This document shows positions 19,458-30,895 of a DNA stretch of 64,000 bases, piece by piece (position 1 is the stretch's first letter; each line of letters begins with the position of its first letter). The notes under the pieces are model-generated. The model searched no databases. It had not been told where the DNA came from and saw nothing but the letters and a program-made list of their open reading frames with translations. Where the stretch lies: positions 96,001 through 160,000 of the forward strand of contig CAVTCR010000050.1 in the NCBI GenBank assembly GCA_963733195.1, given 5' to 3'. A program made the position numbers and the translations under genes. This stretch comes from an uncultured delta proteobacterium. Its GTDB lineage: Bacteria; Desulfobacterota; Binatia; Bin18.

Positions 19458-19824
19458 GTGTATCACTTTACTCTCGTAACGGCTCTGGTGTGGATTGCGT
19501 ATAGCTCCACGTCCGTACTCGCCCAAGGACTGTACAAATGGACCGACTCGCGAGGAGTCATTCATTATACTAACACCCCAACCAACTCCACAGCGAAGAC
19601 AGTAGACGATGCCCTTCCTCCAGCAGCGAATTTTCAACGTCCGACCCCTCCAGTCGAACCTGCTCAAGAAGCGGCAAAGCCATCGACTGGTGACTCTGCC
19701 ACTCCGGCAAATGCACCGGGAAGCCACCCCGGAACAAGGGGAAACCACCCCGGAACAAGGAGGAGGAGAGCAAGCAACGGATGGATCAGCACTCGCACCT
19801 CAATCATCAACGATCGACGAATAA
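19458..19824 (+). CDS. DUF4124 domain secreted protein (probable frameshift near 19718)
   Basis: Signal peptide then LYKWTDSRGVIHYTNTP, followed by a Pro/Ala-rich tail. Confidence 0.75.
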
Positions 19825-19978
19825 GAGACCATCCCGTCTACGGCCCAAGTAAAGAAATAAAACAGAGATCACTACTCGACTTTCCCCTTATGTGTTTTCC
19901 CTCACTTCGCCGGGAAAGGTTCCCCTCGGCGCCAGAAAAGAGTACACTGCCGCCACATCACACATTGGAGGGGAATCT

Positions 19979-21175
19979 ATGAAAGCACTGGATCACATCA
20001 AGATTCTTGATCTGACCCAATTCGAAGCTGGGCCATCATCGACAGAAATTCTCGCCTTTCTTGGAGCAGAGGTTATCAAAGTTGAGCCACCGAAAGGAGG
20101 AGACCAAGGACGTTATTTACTCACAGAAAAGCCTGGTGTCGATGCACCATACTTCTTACTCTTAAATGCGAACAAGAAAAGTCTCACACTCAATTTGAAA
20201 AGCGAGCAGGGCAAAACGCTCTTCAAACAACTCGTTCCGCATTTCGATGTACTGGTTGAGAACTACGGCCCTGGCGCTATAGCCGAACTCGGTCTCGGTT
20301 ATGACGTCTTAGAGAAGATCAATCCACGGCTGGTCTACACGCAAGTGAAAGGCTTTGGAACCTATGGCCCGTACGCAGGCTATAAAAGTTTCGACATGAT
20401 TGCGCAAGCAACTGGCGGAGCAATGAGTGTCACCGGTACGGCAGACACCCAACCGCTCAAGCCAGGGCCAACAATCGGGGACACCGGCACGGGTATTCAT
20501 TGCGCCGTGGGCATACTCTCTGCACTCCTCCAGCGCGAGAAAACCGGGCGAGGACAGCGCGTCGAAGTGTCAATGCAAGATGCGGTAGTGAACCTCAACC
20601 GCATCGGCATGCTTGCTCATTACATGGGTGTCGAGCCAGCACCACGTGGAGGGAACCGAGTTCCAAGCCTTGCTCCGACTGACCTATACCCATGCGCCCC
20701 TGGCGGTCCAAACGACTACGCGTTCTTGATTACAACGACACCGGCGATGTGGGAAGGTCTCCTGCATGCCATCGGTCGTCCCGACGTGTTGACCGATCCT
20801 CGTTTTACTGGCCAACGCGAACGTAACAAACGGTTTGACGACCTCTTCGAGATTATTGCCACCTGGACACGACAACACAGTAAATTTGAAGTGATGCGGA
20901 TTCTCGGCGAGGCCGGTGTCCCGTGCGGGGCGGTCCTCGATAGTGGAGACATTCTCGCTAACGAACACTTGAAAGCACGCGGGATGATTACCACGATTCA
21001 GCATCCAACACGCGGCGCGTTCACCATGCCAGGTTGTGCCGTACAACTCTCCGATTCGCCAGTTGAAGTCCAACCGGCACCCCTACTGGGGCAACATAAT
21101 AGCGAGGTTTTGGGGTCCATCCTCGGCCTTACCACTGCTGACCTTGCTGTTCTCAAAGAAGACGGCATTGTGTAA
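19979..21175 (+). CDS. CaiB/BaiF family III CoA-transferase (formyl-CoA transferase-like)
   Basis: LDLTQFEAGPS, NANKKS.TLNLK, DVLVENYGPG, DMIAQATGG, PLLGQH. Confidence 0.93.
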   Translation: MKALDHIKILDLTQFEAGPSSTEILAFLGAEVIKVEPPKGGDQGRYLLTEKPGVDAPYFLLLNANKKSLTLNLKSEQGKTLFKQLVPHFDVLVENYGPGAIAELGLGYDVLEKINPRLVYTQVKGFGTYGPYAGYKSFDMIAQATGGAMSVTGTADTQPLKPGPTIGDTGTGIHCAVGILSALLQREKTGRGQRVEVSMQDAVVNLNRIGMLAHYMGVEPAPRGGNRVPSLAPTDLYPCAPGGPNDYAFLITTTPAMWEGLLHAIGRPDVLTDPRFTGQRERNKRFDDLFEIIATWTRQHSKFEVMRILGEAGVPCGAVLDSGDILANEHLKARGMITTIQHPTRGAFTMPGCAVQLSDSPVEVQPAPLLGQHNSEVLGSILGLTTADLAVLKEDGIV

Positions 21176-21584
21176 GTGTGCCTGCACTAGCCAGTAATCT
21201 TTACCAATTGCTGGCTAGAATACCATGCATTTCTGAACTATTTTCTTTCTTCATTCGTCATTTCCATGACAGGGAAGAAATTCCTACATTTCGTTACGGA
21301 ACTATATTAGGCACGAGAGAGTTTTCGTTGTCTCTCTCGTAGTTACGGCTCTCTACGTGAACGCACTTCCAACATTTTGTGGAAATTTTTGCCTATAATT
21401 CCACATTTACGTCAACTTTATAACAGTTGCACTTTGCTAAGTAGCAAGGCATAGACCTTCTTCGAAGTAACTAATTGATCCGAATACTCCTAAAAACCTG
21501 GACCAACATGCTTATTTCGGATACTGGCGAATGCACAGAGGTACCCCCGGCACACTTCTTGAGTGACTTCCTCACCAAGTAATA

Positions 21585-21676
21585 CCCGAAAAAGGCAAAC
21601 CACATCGAAAGAGTGGGGCGCAAAACTACTGGCCTACGTCTCGATTACTCGGGATATGGTCGCAGGGTTGCCGGGC
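21585..21676 (+). promoter_or_regulatory. c-di-GMP-I (GEMM) riboswitch
   Basis: GGCAAACC-acatc-GAAA-gagtGGGGCGCAAA...ggcctac...tatggtcgcagGGTTGCCG with P1 cccg/cggg; lies 60 nt upstream of the ATG at 21736. Confidence 0.9.
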
Positions 21677-21735
21677 GCACGCAGACCTCCACTGTGACTG
21701 CAGACCGCCCAAGCCAAATTTTTAAGGAGGTCTGG

Positions 21736-23661
21736 ATGAATCTACCTGTTCTTCCTGCTCATCACTCCCTCCCCTTGAGCAAACTCCGTGCTTCTACACT
21801 GACATTTCGTTATGTCCAGCGAGCACTCAGGGTGTTCGCCCTGTTTGCTACATTGCTTGTCCCCAGAATATCCACTGCAACTGTCGTTGTGCCGGTTGCT
21901 GATACCGACATGGCTCAGCAAGCTTCTGTTATTGTTATCGGTAAGATTGCGAAATTCAAAAGCGCGTGGGACAAAAATCATCAACAGATTTATACGAAAA
22001 TCACTCTCACCGTCGACGAAGTCTTGAAAGGTAACCTGAAGAAACGCCGCCTGACCGTCACTCAATTAGGCGGGGTGGTTGACGATGTAGAATCGTGGAT
22101 AGATGGGAATCCGCAGTTCACTGAAGGTGAGAAAGTGCTGCTGTTTCTTGCTCGACACGAGAATGGAAGCCTCCGGGTACTGCATTTGTACCAGGGGAAA
22201 TTCTCGATCTTCACTGATCCCGATACCGGAGCTGAACTTGCGTACCGAGAAGCGCATCCTGAAGGTGTACAGGTGTTATCGGAAGAACGCGCACTGGAGC
22301 ATCGTTCCGCGACAGAGGCCGATAGCGGCGACGCTACCTTAGCAGACAATGGGTTCCTTCCGCTCACCGATCTGAAAACACGAATTCACAACGCCCTAAC
22401 GAATCCCACATCAGATCCTTCTCCCCAATCATCCGCTTCTTCGTCTCCTTCGTCGCAAACATCAACGCCTCTCGTCCGTGAAGAGGCTCCTTTCTCTTTG
22501 CTTGGTTCTCCCGCTGCCCGCTGGTTCCAGCCGGACAGCAACCTCCCGGTTAACATGAAGGTCAACCTTGCGCTTAGCCCGGTTGGTGCAGGTTCTGCTG
22601 TTCAAGCCGCTCTGAACGCATGGACTGGGGTTTCAGGGTCGAGTTTTAAATTTCAGAATACCGGCTCCACTGTCTCTGCCGGTATGGTCTACGATGGAGT
22701 CAATTCGATATCGTTTGGTGACCCACGCGGACAGATCTCTTTACCAAATCGGTCACTGCAGGTTCACCCAACAACGAGAAAACCCTATTGTAGCGGCGTT
22801 CTTGCCATTGGAGGCTATTTCCGCAGTGGCAGCGAGGCCGACACCAAGGTTATTAATGGCCAGAAGTACTACAAGATCATCGAAGGAGACCTGGTCTTCG
22901 CCGATGGGTGGGACGGGTGTCACAACGGGTTCGACAATTCCCTGAACCTTGCCGAAGTCACCACCCACGAACTCGGACATGTCATCGGCCTTGGGCATTC
23001 GGCTGACAGTGCAGCCACCATGTATGCCTATGCCCATTTTGATAATCGTGGAGCTTCTTTGCGCACAGACGATATCGCCGGACTGCGGGCGATCTATCCC
23101 GGAACAACTGCGGCTCCAGCCCCTGCCCCTACCTCATGCACGTACACGTTGTCCACTACAACCTTGAGTGTTGGCTCGGCGGCCAGCACGAGTAGCGTCA
23201 AGGTCACCCCATCAGCAGGAACGTGCCCCCGGACCGCAACCAGTAACGTCAGCTGGATTAGAATTACCTCCAACGTGAATGGTACCGTATCGTTTTCGAT
23301 TCAAGCGAATACCTCATCTCTGAGTCGCACAGGGACCCTTACGGTAGCCGGGAAAACAGTAACTGTGAATCAAGCTGGAGCGAATCAAGCCTCGTCATGT
23401 TCATTCACAGTGCCGACCTTCCCCATAACAACCTCCGCTCGTCAGACCTCTCTGAGTATCACGGTTCGTGCTTCTTCCAGTACCTGTAGCTGGAGTGCGT
23501 CGAGTCCTGTAAGCTGGATTACCATCTCTTCCGGCGCGTCAGCCAGGGGAACGAGGGCCGTCTCCTTCTTGATTACGGCCAATACCTCTTCCGTCGCGCG
23601 GAGCGCGACACTCACCATCGCTGGCAAACCGGTGACGATCACGCAGAGGGGCAAACTTTAG
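21736..23661 (+). CDS. Secreted matrixin (M10-like metzincin) metallopeptidase with C-terminal BACON-like repeats
   Basis: HELGHVIGLGHS zinc motif, Met-turn ATMYAY, LRTDDIAG; two Ser/Thr-rich CTY...SWI....V.F....NTS...R.GT.T.AGK.VT..Q repeats. Confidence 0.88.
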   Translation: MNLPVLPAHHSLPLSKLRASTLTFRYVQRALRVFALFATLLVPRISTATVVVPVADTDMAQQASVIVIGKIAKFKSAWDKNHQQIYTKITLTVDEVLKGNLKKRRLTVTQLGGVVDDVESWIDGNPQFTEGEKVLLFLARHENGSLRVLHLYQGKFSIFTDPDTGAELAYREAHPEGVQVLSEERALEHRSATEADSGDATLADNGFLPLTDLKTRIHNALTNPTSDPSPQSSASSSPSSQTSTPLVREEAPFSLLGSPAARWFQPDSNLPVNMKVNLALSPVGAGSAVQAALNAWTGVSGSSFKFQNTGSTVSAGMVYDGVNSISFGDPRGQISLPNRSLQVHPTTRKPYCSGVLAIGGYFRSGSEADTKVINGQKYYKIIEGDLVFADGWDGCHNGFDNSLNLAEVTTHELGHVIGLGHSADSAATMYAYAHFDNRGASLRTDDIAGLRAIYPGTTAAPAPAPTSCTYTLSTTTLSVGSAASTSSVKVTPSAGTCPRTATSNVSWIRITSNVNGTVSFSIQANTSSLSRTGTLTVAGKTVTVNQAGANQASSCSFTVPTFPITTSARQTSLSITVRASSSTCSWSASSPVSWITISSGASARGTRAVSFLITANTSSVARSATLTIAGKPVTITQRGKL

Positions 23662-23707
23662 GAATGAACTCGTTCGCCGGAATCTGACGGCACCTCACAC
23701 TTTCTCC

Positions 23708-23739
23708 CCGGGCAGGATACCCTCCTGCCCGGTTTTTTT
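23708..23739 (+). terminator. Rho-independent terminator
   Basis: ccgggcagga-taccc-tcctgcccgg followed by T7. Confidence 0.85.
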
Positions 23740-23866
23740 GCTGGTCTCTCTCGCTCTCCCTTTTGTCATTCACCTTGCAAAACTTCCCCTTTGCCTGCAT
23801 TGATAGAAACTTGCACCGGACAGATAAACCTGCCACAAAGAAAAGGAGGATGATGTTAACTTTGGA

Positions 23867-24157
23867 GTGGAGACGATGCCCATGCATACGCTTTGTTATG
23901 CTCACATTCGTCGTCGATTGCGGATCGCCAGCGGTAGTCGTTGTGGCTGGACCTCTTTCACCAGTGCAGACTGGATTAGTATCGTTGAGGGAGAGAGTAG
24001 CAGTGGGAATGGCACAGTAGTGTACTCGGTTGCAACAAATACCAGTAAAAAATCCCGACGAGCACAATCAGTTATATCAGGGCAAATTCTCACCATTACA
24101 CAAAAGGGTGCTCCTGGAGCGTCGCGCAGGCGCCCATCCCCGTTTGTCCCAGCTTAG
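23867..24157 (+). CDS. Stand-alone BACON-like domain fragment (possibly a pseudogene)
   Basis: CGWT..TSADWISI..GESSSGNGTV.YSVATNT...SR......GQ..TITQ, similar to the repeats in the upstream gene. Confidence 0.5.
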   Translation: METMPMHTLCYAHIRRRLRIASGSRCGWTSFTSADWISIVEGESSSGNGTVVYSVATNTSKKSRRAQSVISGQILTITQKGAPGASRRRPSPFVPA

Positions 24158-24299
24158 AGCTATATCAATGCAGAGACAATTCTCGGCGGGAGAAAGAACG
24201 GTACAACCTGTCATGCCCGCCCTTCAACTGGGCTCAGGATAAACTCCGGCGGGCATCTAGAAAAAGGGTGTAGCGATACCTTGTAGGGGAATACTATCA

Positions 24300-24758
24300 G
24301 TGGCTTCCAAACGCTCGATGGCCTCGCTTATGGCGTTATGGATGTGGAGCGCGTGCGGATCAAGCACAACGTTGCCGCAGGTCACGCTGTTTCCCCAACA
24401 GGGCGGTCCTGTCCGTGTTTCAGTGGAAATCGCCAACACCGAAGAGAAGCGTCAATTTGGTTTGATGTACCGAACCGACCTCCCAGAAATGCAGGGAATG
24501 CTGTTCCTCTTTCCTCGGGAGGAACTGCTGTCCTTCTGGATGAAAAACACGCCCCGATCGCTCGATATTATTTATATCAACTCGGCACACACAATCGTGA
24601 GCATTGCTCGCAACACGACGCCGTTTTCCGAGGAGCACTTGCCCTCAGGAAAACCGGCGCAGTTTGTGCTCGAAGTCAACGCAGGGTTCTGTGAGAGGCA
24701 TGGGGTCATTGAAGGAGACCGGATCGAGTTTTCTAAAGACCTCCCTCCAGTTCGATGA
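24300..24758 (+). CDS. DUF192 domain lipoprotein
   Basis: VEIANT..KRQFGLMYR, GMLF.F, FWMKNT...LDIIYI, VLEVNAG. Confidence 0.92.
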   Translation: MASKRSMASLMALWMWSACGSSTTLPQVTLFPQQGGPVRVSVEIANTEEKRQFGLMYRTDLPEMQGMLFLFPREELLSFWMKNTPRSLDIIYINSAHTIVSIARNTTPFSEEHLPSGKPAQFVLEVNAGFCERHGVIEGDRIEFSKDLPPVR

Positions 24759-24779
24759 CCGTCAACTCGGCGGTGCCGA

Positions 24780-26811
24780 TTACGCGCTCGCTCGCTCTAC
24801 AAGCTCGACAATATTCAGTAGCTCAACTTTCTCGTCCACGCCTTTGGCTTTCAACCCATCAGTAAGCATGGTCGTGCAGAACGGACACGAAACAGCAACG
24901 ACATCGGGGTTCGTCTCTAATGCTTGGGCAACACGCAATTGATTGACACGTTTGTCGCGCGGCTCTTCCATCCACATCCAGCCACCACCAGCACCACAAC
25001 ACATCGCGTTGTTACGGCTCCGCTCCATTTCCTGTAGCTGCGCTCCCGGAATCTTGCCCAGAATTTCACGTGGCGATTCGTAAATATCATTATAACGTCC
25101 GTAGTAGCAGGAATCGTGATAAGTGATGCGTTTCCCTACGTATTCCTTCATCGGGATCTTACCGCTGCTAATGAGTTGATTTAGTAAGTCAGCTGCGTGC
25201 ACCACCTCGTAGTTTCCACCAAATTGCGGGAATTCATTTTTGATCGTGTTAAAACAGTGCGGGCAGTTCACAATAACCTTTTTCACCGAGTACTGATTAA
25301 ACGTTTCAATCGCCATCTGTGCCATACTTTGGTACAGATATTCATTGCCTAACCTTCGTACCGTTTCGCCGTTACATGGCTCCTCTGGCCCCAACACGGC
25401 GAAGTTCACCCCTGCTTTCTGCAGAAGTTTGGCAAATGACGCAGTCGTTTTCTTGTTGCGATCATCGAACGCGCCAGCGCATCCTACGTAATAGAGGTAC
25501 TCGACATCCGGCTTCTCAGCCATGAGTGGGACCTCGAGACCTTCGGCCCAATCCATCCGCTTTTCGGCACTCAATCCCCATGGGTTGCCTTGCGTCTCCA
25601 TACCCTTGAACGTCCGTGTCAACTCAGTCGGGAAGCGTGCTTCTTCCTGTACCAGATGGCGACGCATATCGACGATCTTGTCTACATATTCGATCATCAC
25701 CGGGCACGCATCTTCGCACGCACGGCAGGTGGTGCAGGACCACAACACATCATCGTGAATCAGCCGCTCACCAACAATATTCTCCCCAACTTCCCCTTCT
25801 TTCTTGGTCAGTCGCTTGTCGATCATTTCGCCTTGGTGTTCATAGAGATAATCGCGCAAGATCAAGCAGCAGTTGGCGCGGCGCGAGCGGCTTGCCACTG
25901 GCAGTGGCAGGACATTGTGAGGAACAGCGTCCACATTCAGTACAACTATACATATCGAGCATCTGTTTCCAGTCTAAATTGATCGATGCGCGAGGTACCA
26001 AACTGTTCAGAGTTTTCCAGATCCATCTTGCTTAAGGCACCGGTAGGTTCGAGCTTGCGGAAGAAGACATTCGGCAGGCCGGTAATAATATGAAAATGCT
26101 TTGAGAGTGGGAGCAGGTTGAGAAAGACCAGAACAACCAGGTTGTGAATCCACCAGGCGGCATTACTAATAAAGAGAGCACTGTTGCTACCAAAAGCTGA
26201 CAGCACCCAACCAACTATCCGCCCGATTGGCTGCCAGGGACGTTCCGCTTCGATAATAGGGTCGCCCGCAAGCGCCACAAGACGACCACCATCGTACAGT
26301 AAACCAGTCAACATAATGGTCGAGATAAAGGAGAGAATCAGAATCGCTTCCCAGTGTGACTGTCCGGCTAAGCGGTCTTCTGCTGGGCGGAAACCAAACA
26401 GTCGCTGCGGATGCGCGACGAGCCAGCGATACAGCGCCAGACCAACCGCACCAGCACAGAAATTTCGAGAAGGTCACGTAAGAGAGAGAACGGGCCACCA
26501 AGTAAACCAGGACTAAACCCTGGCACAAAGAAATGATCAGAAAACGCTCGACCGAACATCGTCGTGATCTGCAAGCCAAGAATCACAAAGCCCCAGAAGA
26601 TGACGATATGCATCCAGCCTGCGGGCTGTTCACCGGTCACGAACTTCTTTTGCCCAAAGCCATAGACAAGGAGTTCCTTAATGCGGTCACCGACACGATC
26701 AAAACGGTTGACTGGGGTCGCCGCTTGCAACAGCCGAAACCGGTCATACAAGGTGTTAGCAAAGAAACCTAGAGCAACCAGCACGACAAGAATAAAGACC
26801 ACAAGTGACAT
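24780..26811 (-). CDS. Membrane-bound Fe-S oxidoreductase (FadF/HdrD-like, CCG domains); several frameshifts
   Basis: Transmembrane N-terminus with SKHFHI; CTTCRACEDACP ferredoxin motif; YHDSCY.GR and CCGAGGG. Confidence 0.88.
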
Positions 26812-27040
26812 CACGCCGTCCTTCTCTCTCCCTTTTAGAGACCGGTCCCACCAGGACCGTATAGCTTTGGCTATCTTAGGATGCCTCCTCTTGTACTGTT
26901 GTCAACGGCAGGGACATGTCCGATACAAACTGGCTTGGTAACGATAAGAAATAGCCACCTTCCTTGCTATTTTTCAACCTCCATATTACAAGATCGAGAT
27001 CATCGAACTCGGCTCAGCCGGGCTATCAGGACACAATACT

Positions 27041-28592
27041 ATGGGGCTGCAGGAAAATTTACAGGAACTAGCGCGTCGCAATGAAGAAGCTCTCCTCGCC
27101 GGAGGAGCAGATAAAATCAAGAAGCAGCATGAAATGGGTAAACTCACGGCCCGCGAGCGGGCGGAGCTGTTGCTCGACTCTGGCACCTTCGTCGAGTTGG
27201 ACCGCTTCAAAACCCACCGTTCGACTGACTTCGGGATGGACAAGAAGAAAATCCCTGGCGATGGGGTTGTCACTGGTTACGGTAACGTCGATGGACGCCA
27301 GGTTTTCGTTTTCTCTCAGGATTTCACGGTGTTTGGTGGGAGTCTTTCCGGTGCGTTCTCAGAAAAAGTATGCAAAGTTATGGATCTGGCGATGAAAACT
27401 GGCTGCCCAGTCGTCGGCATTAATGACTCTGGTGGTGCGCGTATTCAAGAAGGAGTTGTCAGTCTTGCAGGGTACGGTGACATCTTTCTGCGTAATGTCC
27501 TGGCTTCCGGTGTTGTCCCGCAGATCTCAGCCATTATGGGCCCGTGCGCTGGTGGCGCGGTCTACTCTCCAGCTATGACCGACTTTATCTTCATGGTGGA
27601 AAATTCCAGCTACATGTTCATTACTGGTCCGGATGTGATTAAGACCGTGACCCACGAAGAAGTGACCATGCAGCAACTCGGTGGAGCGGACACACATAAC
27701 GGACGTAGCGGTGTCGCCCATTTCTCCTCACCGAATGAACGTGAAAGTCTGCACACTATTCGTGAGTTATTGAGCTTCCTGCCCAGCAATAATATGGAAG
27801 ATCCACCGGTTCGGCCCACGAATGATGATCCCAATCGTCGTGACGAGAAATTGAACTCGCTGATTCCCGATAACGCTAATCGTCCCTATGACATTAAAGA
27901 GTTGATCAAGGGCATTGCTGACGAAGGGTATTTCCTCGAAGTGCAGAAGGATTTTGCCCGCAACATTGTGGTCGGCTTCGCCCGCCTTGGCGGACGCCCA
28001 GTTGGTATCGTCGCTAATCAACCCGGGTTCCTAGCCGGTGTGCTGGACATTGACGCTTCAACGAAAGGCGGACGCTTTGTTCGCTTCTGCGATTGTTTCA
28101 ACCTTCCAATTGTCACGTTCGTTGATGTTCCTGGCTTTCTGCCTGGCACCTCACAAGAGTATGGCGGTATCATTCGTCATGGCGCGAAGTTACTCTATGC
28201 GTATTGCGAAGCCACAGTCCCCAAAATCTGTATCATCACTCGCAAAGCCTACGGCGGGGCATACGTGGTCATGTCGAGTAAAGTCATTCGTGGTGACGTG
28301 AACCTCGCGTATCCCACGGCAGAGATCGCAGTGATGGGACCAGAGGGAGCCGTCAATATTATTTTCCGTGAAGCACTGCAGAAGGCAAAAGATGCGCAGG
28401 CAGAACGAGAACGTCTCATTGCTGATTACCGCAAGACGTTTGCTAATCCGTTTAAGGCCGCTGAGCTTGGCTACATTGATGAGATCATCATGCCAGCGGA
28501 TACACGTCTCGCATCTGATTCGTTCTTTGAGCTTGTTACAGAACAAACGAGAAAAGAATCCACCCAAGAAGCATGGGAATATACCGCTGTAG
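27041..28592 (+). CDS. pccB: Acyl-CoA (propionyl-CoA-type) carboxylase carboxyltransferase beta subunit; frameshift near the 3' end
   Basis: [38 protein letters not shown]; true end [10 protein letters not shown] in ORF 28368-28592. Confidence 0.9.
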
Positions 28593-28682
28593 TCAGTAAC
28601 CAGTAGTCAGTAGCCAGTAGAGAGACAGAAATACCACTTCTCAGGAACTGACAACTGAGAACTGACAACTAGGAACTGAGTT

Positions 28683-30173
28683 ATGTTCAAACGTGTTCTA
28701 ATCGCCAACCGCGGGGAAATTGCTGTTCGCGTCATTCGCGCGTGCCGTGAACTTGGGGTTGAAACGGTTGCGGTGTACTCTGATGCCGACCGTTCAGCAC
28801 TACATGTGCAGTACGCTGATTATGCGGTCCACATCGGACCTTCCCCATCAGCCGAGAGTTATTTGGTAATCCCGAAGATCATCGAAGCCGCAAAGAAAAC
28901 CGGCACTGAGGCAATCCATCCAGGCTACGGTTTTCTCTCCGAACGTGCACCGTTTGCGCGTGCCTGTAAAGAAGCAGACATTATCTTCATTGGGCCAACG
29001 CCTGAGGCCATCGAAAAAATGGGCGATAAAGTCACGGCTCGCCAGCTCATGCAAAAAGCCGGCGTTCCGGTTGTTCCAGGAACTGATGTCTTGGGCAGTG
29101 AGGACGAAGTCATCAAAGCTGCAGAACGCATCGGCTTTCCCGTGATGTTCAAAGCCTCGGCTGGTGGTGGTGGTAAAGGTATGCGCCTTGTCCACGGCAA
29201 AGACGAAGTGGTCTCTGCGTTACGCGGCGTACGCTCGGAAGCGAAGTCCTCCTTTGGCGACGACCGCATGTACATGGAAAAATTTGTCGAGAAACCACGC
29301 CATGTTGAAGTCCAGGTCATGGGAGACTCGTACGGCAACATCATTCACCTCTACGAACGCGAATGCTCATTGCAACGCCGCCATCAAAAAGTAATAGAAG
29401 AGTCACCATCGATGGCGATCAACCAAAAAGTGCGCGAAGAAATGGGCCGTGTCGCGGTCGAAGCGGCAAAAGCCGTCAACTATGTGGGCGCTGGCACTAT
29501 TGAGTTCCTGGTTGATCCAAAACAAAATTTCTACTTCCTGGAAATGAACACCCGTATCCAGGTCGAACATCCTGTAACAGAACTCGTGACAGGGGTTGAT
29601 CTGGTCAAGTTACAGATCGAGATCGCGGCTGGAGAACGAATGACACTTCAGCAGAAGGATGTGCAGCAACGCGGATGGGCAGTCGAGTGCCGCATCTATG
29701 CGGAAGATCCGAGCCGGGAGTTCTTTCCTTCTCCGGGCAAGATCGAGATCTTGCGGATACCTGGTGGCAATGGCATCCGGGACGACAGCGGTGTGTACGA
29801 AGGTTGGGATGTCCCAATCTATTACGATCCGATGATCTCTAAGCTCTGTGCCTATGGTCGTACGCGGACTGAGGCGATTCAACGCATGCTGCGTGCGCTC
29901 CAGGAATACACCGTCGAAGGGATTATCACCAATATTCCGTTCCATCGCTGGGCGCTGAAGCACCCGCGGTTTATTGCTGGCGACCTCGACACCGGATTTA
30001 TCCCGCAAGAGTTCAAAGGGTTACCGTTCGACGAAGATGCCCTACACCAAGAAGTCATTCTGGCAGCTGCCGCCTTGGATGCGTATCACAAAGACCAGGC
30101 ATTGGCTGGCGCAGTACAGTCAGGTGGAACTCGCGGCGGCATGTCCGCTTGGCGGGGCAGCGGATGGAGATAA
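28683..30173 (+). CDS. accC: Biotin carboxylase subunit
   Basis: LIANRGEIAVR, HPGYGFLSE, GGGGKGMR, RECSLQRRHQK, EMNTRIQVEH. Confidence 0.95.
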   Translation: MFKRVLIANRGEIAVRVIRACRELGVETVAVYSDADRSALHVQYADYAVHIGPSPSAESYLVIPKIIEAAKKTGTEAIHPGYGFLSERAPFARACKEADIIFIGPTPEAIEKMGDKVTARQLMQKAGVPVVPGTDVLGSEDEVIKAAERIGFPVMFKASAGGGGKGMRLVHGKDEVVSALRGVRSEAKSSFGDDRMYMEKFVEKPRHVEVQVMGDSYGNIIHLYERECSLQRRHQKVIEESPSMAINQKVREEMGRVAVEAAKAVNYVGAGTIEFLVDPKQNFYFLEMNTRIQVEHPVTELVTGVDLVKLQIEIAAGERMTLQQKDVQQRGWAVECRIYAEDPSREFFPSPGKIEILRIPGGNGIRDDSGVYEGWDVPIYYDPMISKLCAYGRTRTEAIQRMLRALQEYTVEGIITNIPFHRWALKHPRFIAGDLDTGFIPQEFKGLPFDEDALHQEVILAAAALDAYHKDQALAGAVQSGGTRGGMSAWRGSGWR

Positions 30174-30291
30174 AAAAGTGAAGAATTAAAAATTAAGAGT
30201 GAAGAATGATAATAGGAACAAAACTTACCTTGTAATTTTTCATTCTTAACTTCTTCACTCTTAATTTTTTATTGTTCCGAAGGAACAACAC

Positions 30292-30798
30292 ATGGCTTAC
30301 ATCGTGACGCTCGACGAAAAGACGCACAAGATCGAAGTGCAAGAACTGGAAAAGGATCACCTCTACCGCATTGTGATTGACGGCAACGAGCACATCATCG
30401 ATGGGCGGAAGTTGACGGGACACATTTACTCGCTGATCAAGGACAACCGCTCGTTTACAGTTGATGTCTCGGCCAAGGACGACCAGTATACTGTCGCGTG
30501 CGAGGGAAAAAGCGTTCAGCTCAGACTCCTTGACGAACGTCGTGCCTCACGACCAGGAGAAGGCAGTGGCTCGGATCGTGGAGGAGGTAAACAGATTCGC
30601 TCCTTCATGCCAGGGAAAGTCGTGGACGTCCTCGTCAAAGTCGGTGACGAGGTTGCAAAAGATCAGGGACTAGTCATCATTGAAGCGATGAAAATGGAAA
30701 ATGAGCTGCGGTCTACAGCCGCTGGCAAAGTGAAAGAGATTCGCGTTTCTGCCGGACAGGCCGTCGAGTCTGGCGAACTGCTCATCGAGTTGGAGTAG
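30292..30798 (+). CDS. Biotin carboxyl carrier protein
   Basis: MPGKVV...EAMKMENE biotinylation motif. Confidence 0.93.
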   Translation: MAYIVTLDEKTHKIEVQELEKDHLYRIVIDGNEHIIDGRKLTGHIYSLIKDNRSFTVDVSAKDDQYTVACEGKSVQLRLLDERRASRPGEGSGSDRGGGKQIRSFMPGKVVDVLVKVGDEVAKDQGLVIIEAMKMENELRSTAAGKVKEIRVSAGQAVESGELLIELE

Positions 30799-30823
30799 CG
30801 CGACCTCCAACTTTCCTTTACCT

Positions 30824-30892
30824 TGTCACCCTGAGTACAGCGAAGGGTCTCTCTGCTCTCACAAGAGATTCTTCGTTGCACTCAGAATGACA
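30824..30892. repeat. CGTC/TGTC-type palindromic REP
   Basis: tgtcaccctgag...gaagggtctc...gagattcttcgttgcactcagaatgaca, same family as 6599-6656. Confidence 0.8.
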
Positions 30893-30895
30893 TCA

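Noticed and set aside
19720-19761. 21-bp tandem duplication
   Set aside because: Only two units, encoding a low-complexity EATPEQG/ETTPEQG linker in the DUF4124 protein
21613-21735. N-terminal extension of the metalloprotease ORF from 21613
   Set aside because: It overlaps the riboswitch; the strong RBS AAGGAGG points to the ATG at 21736
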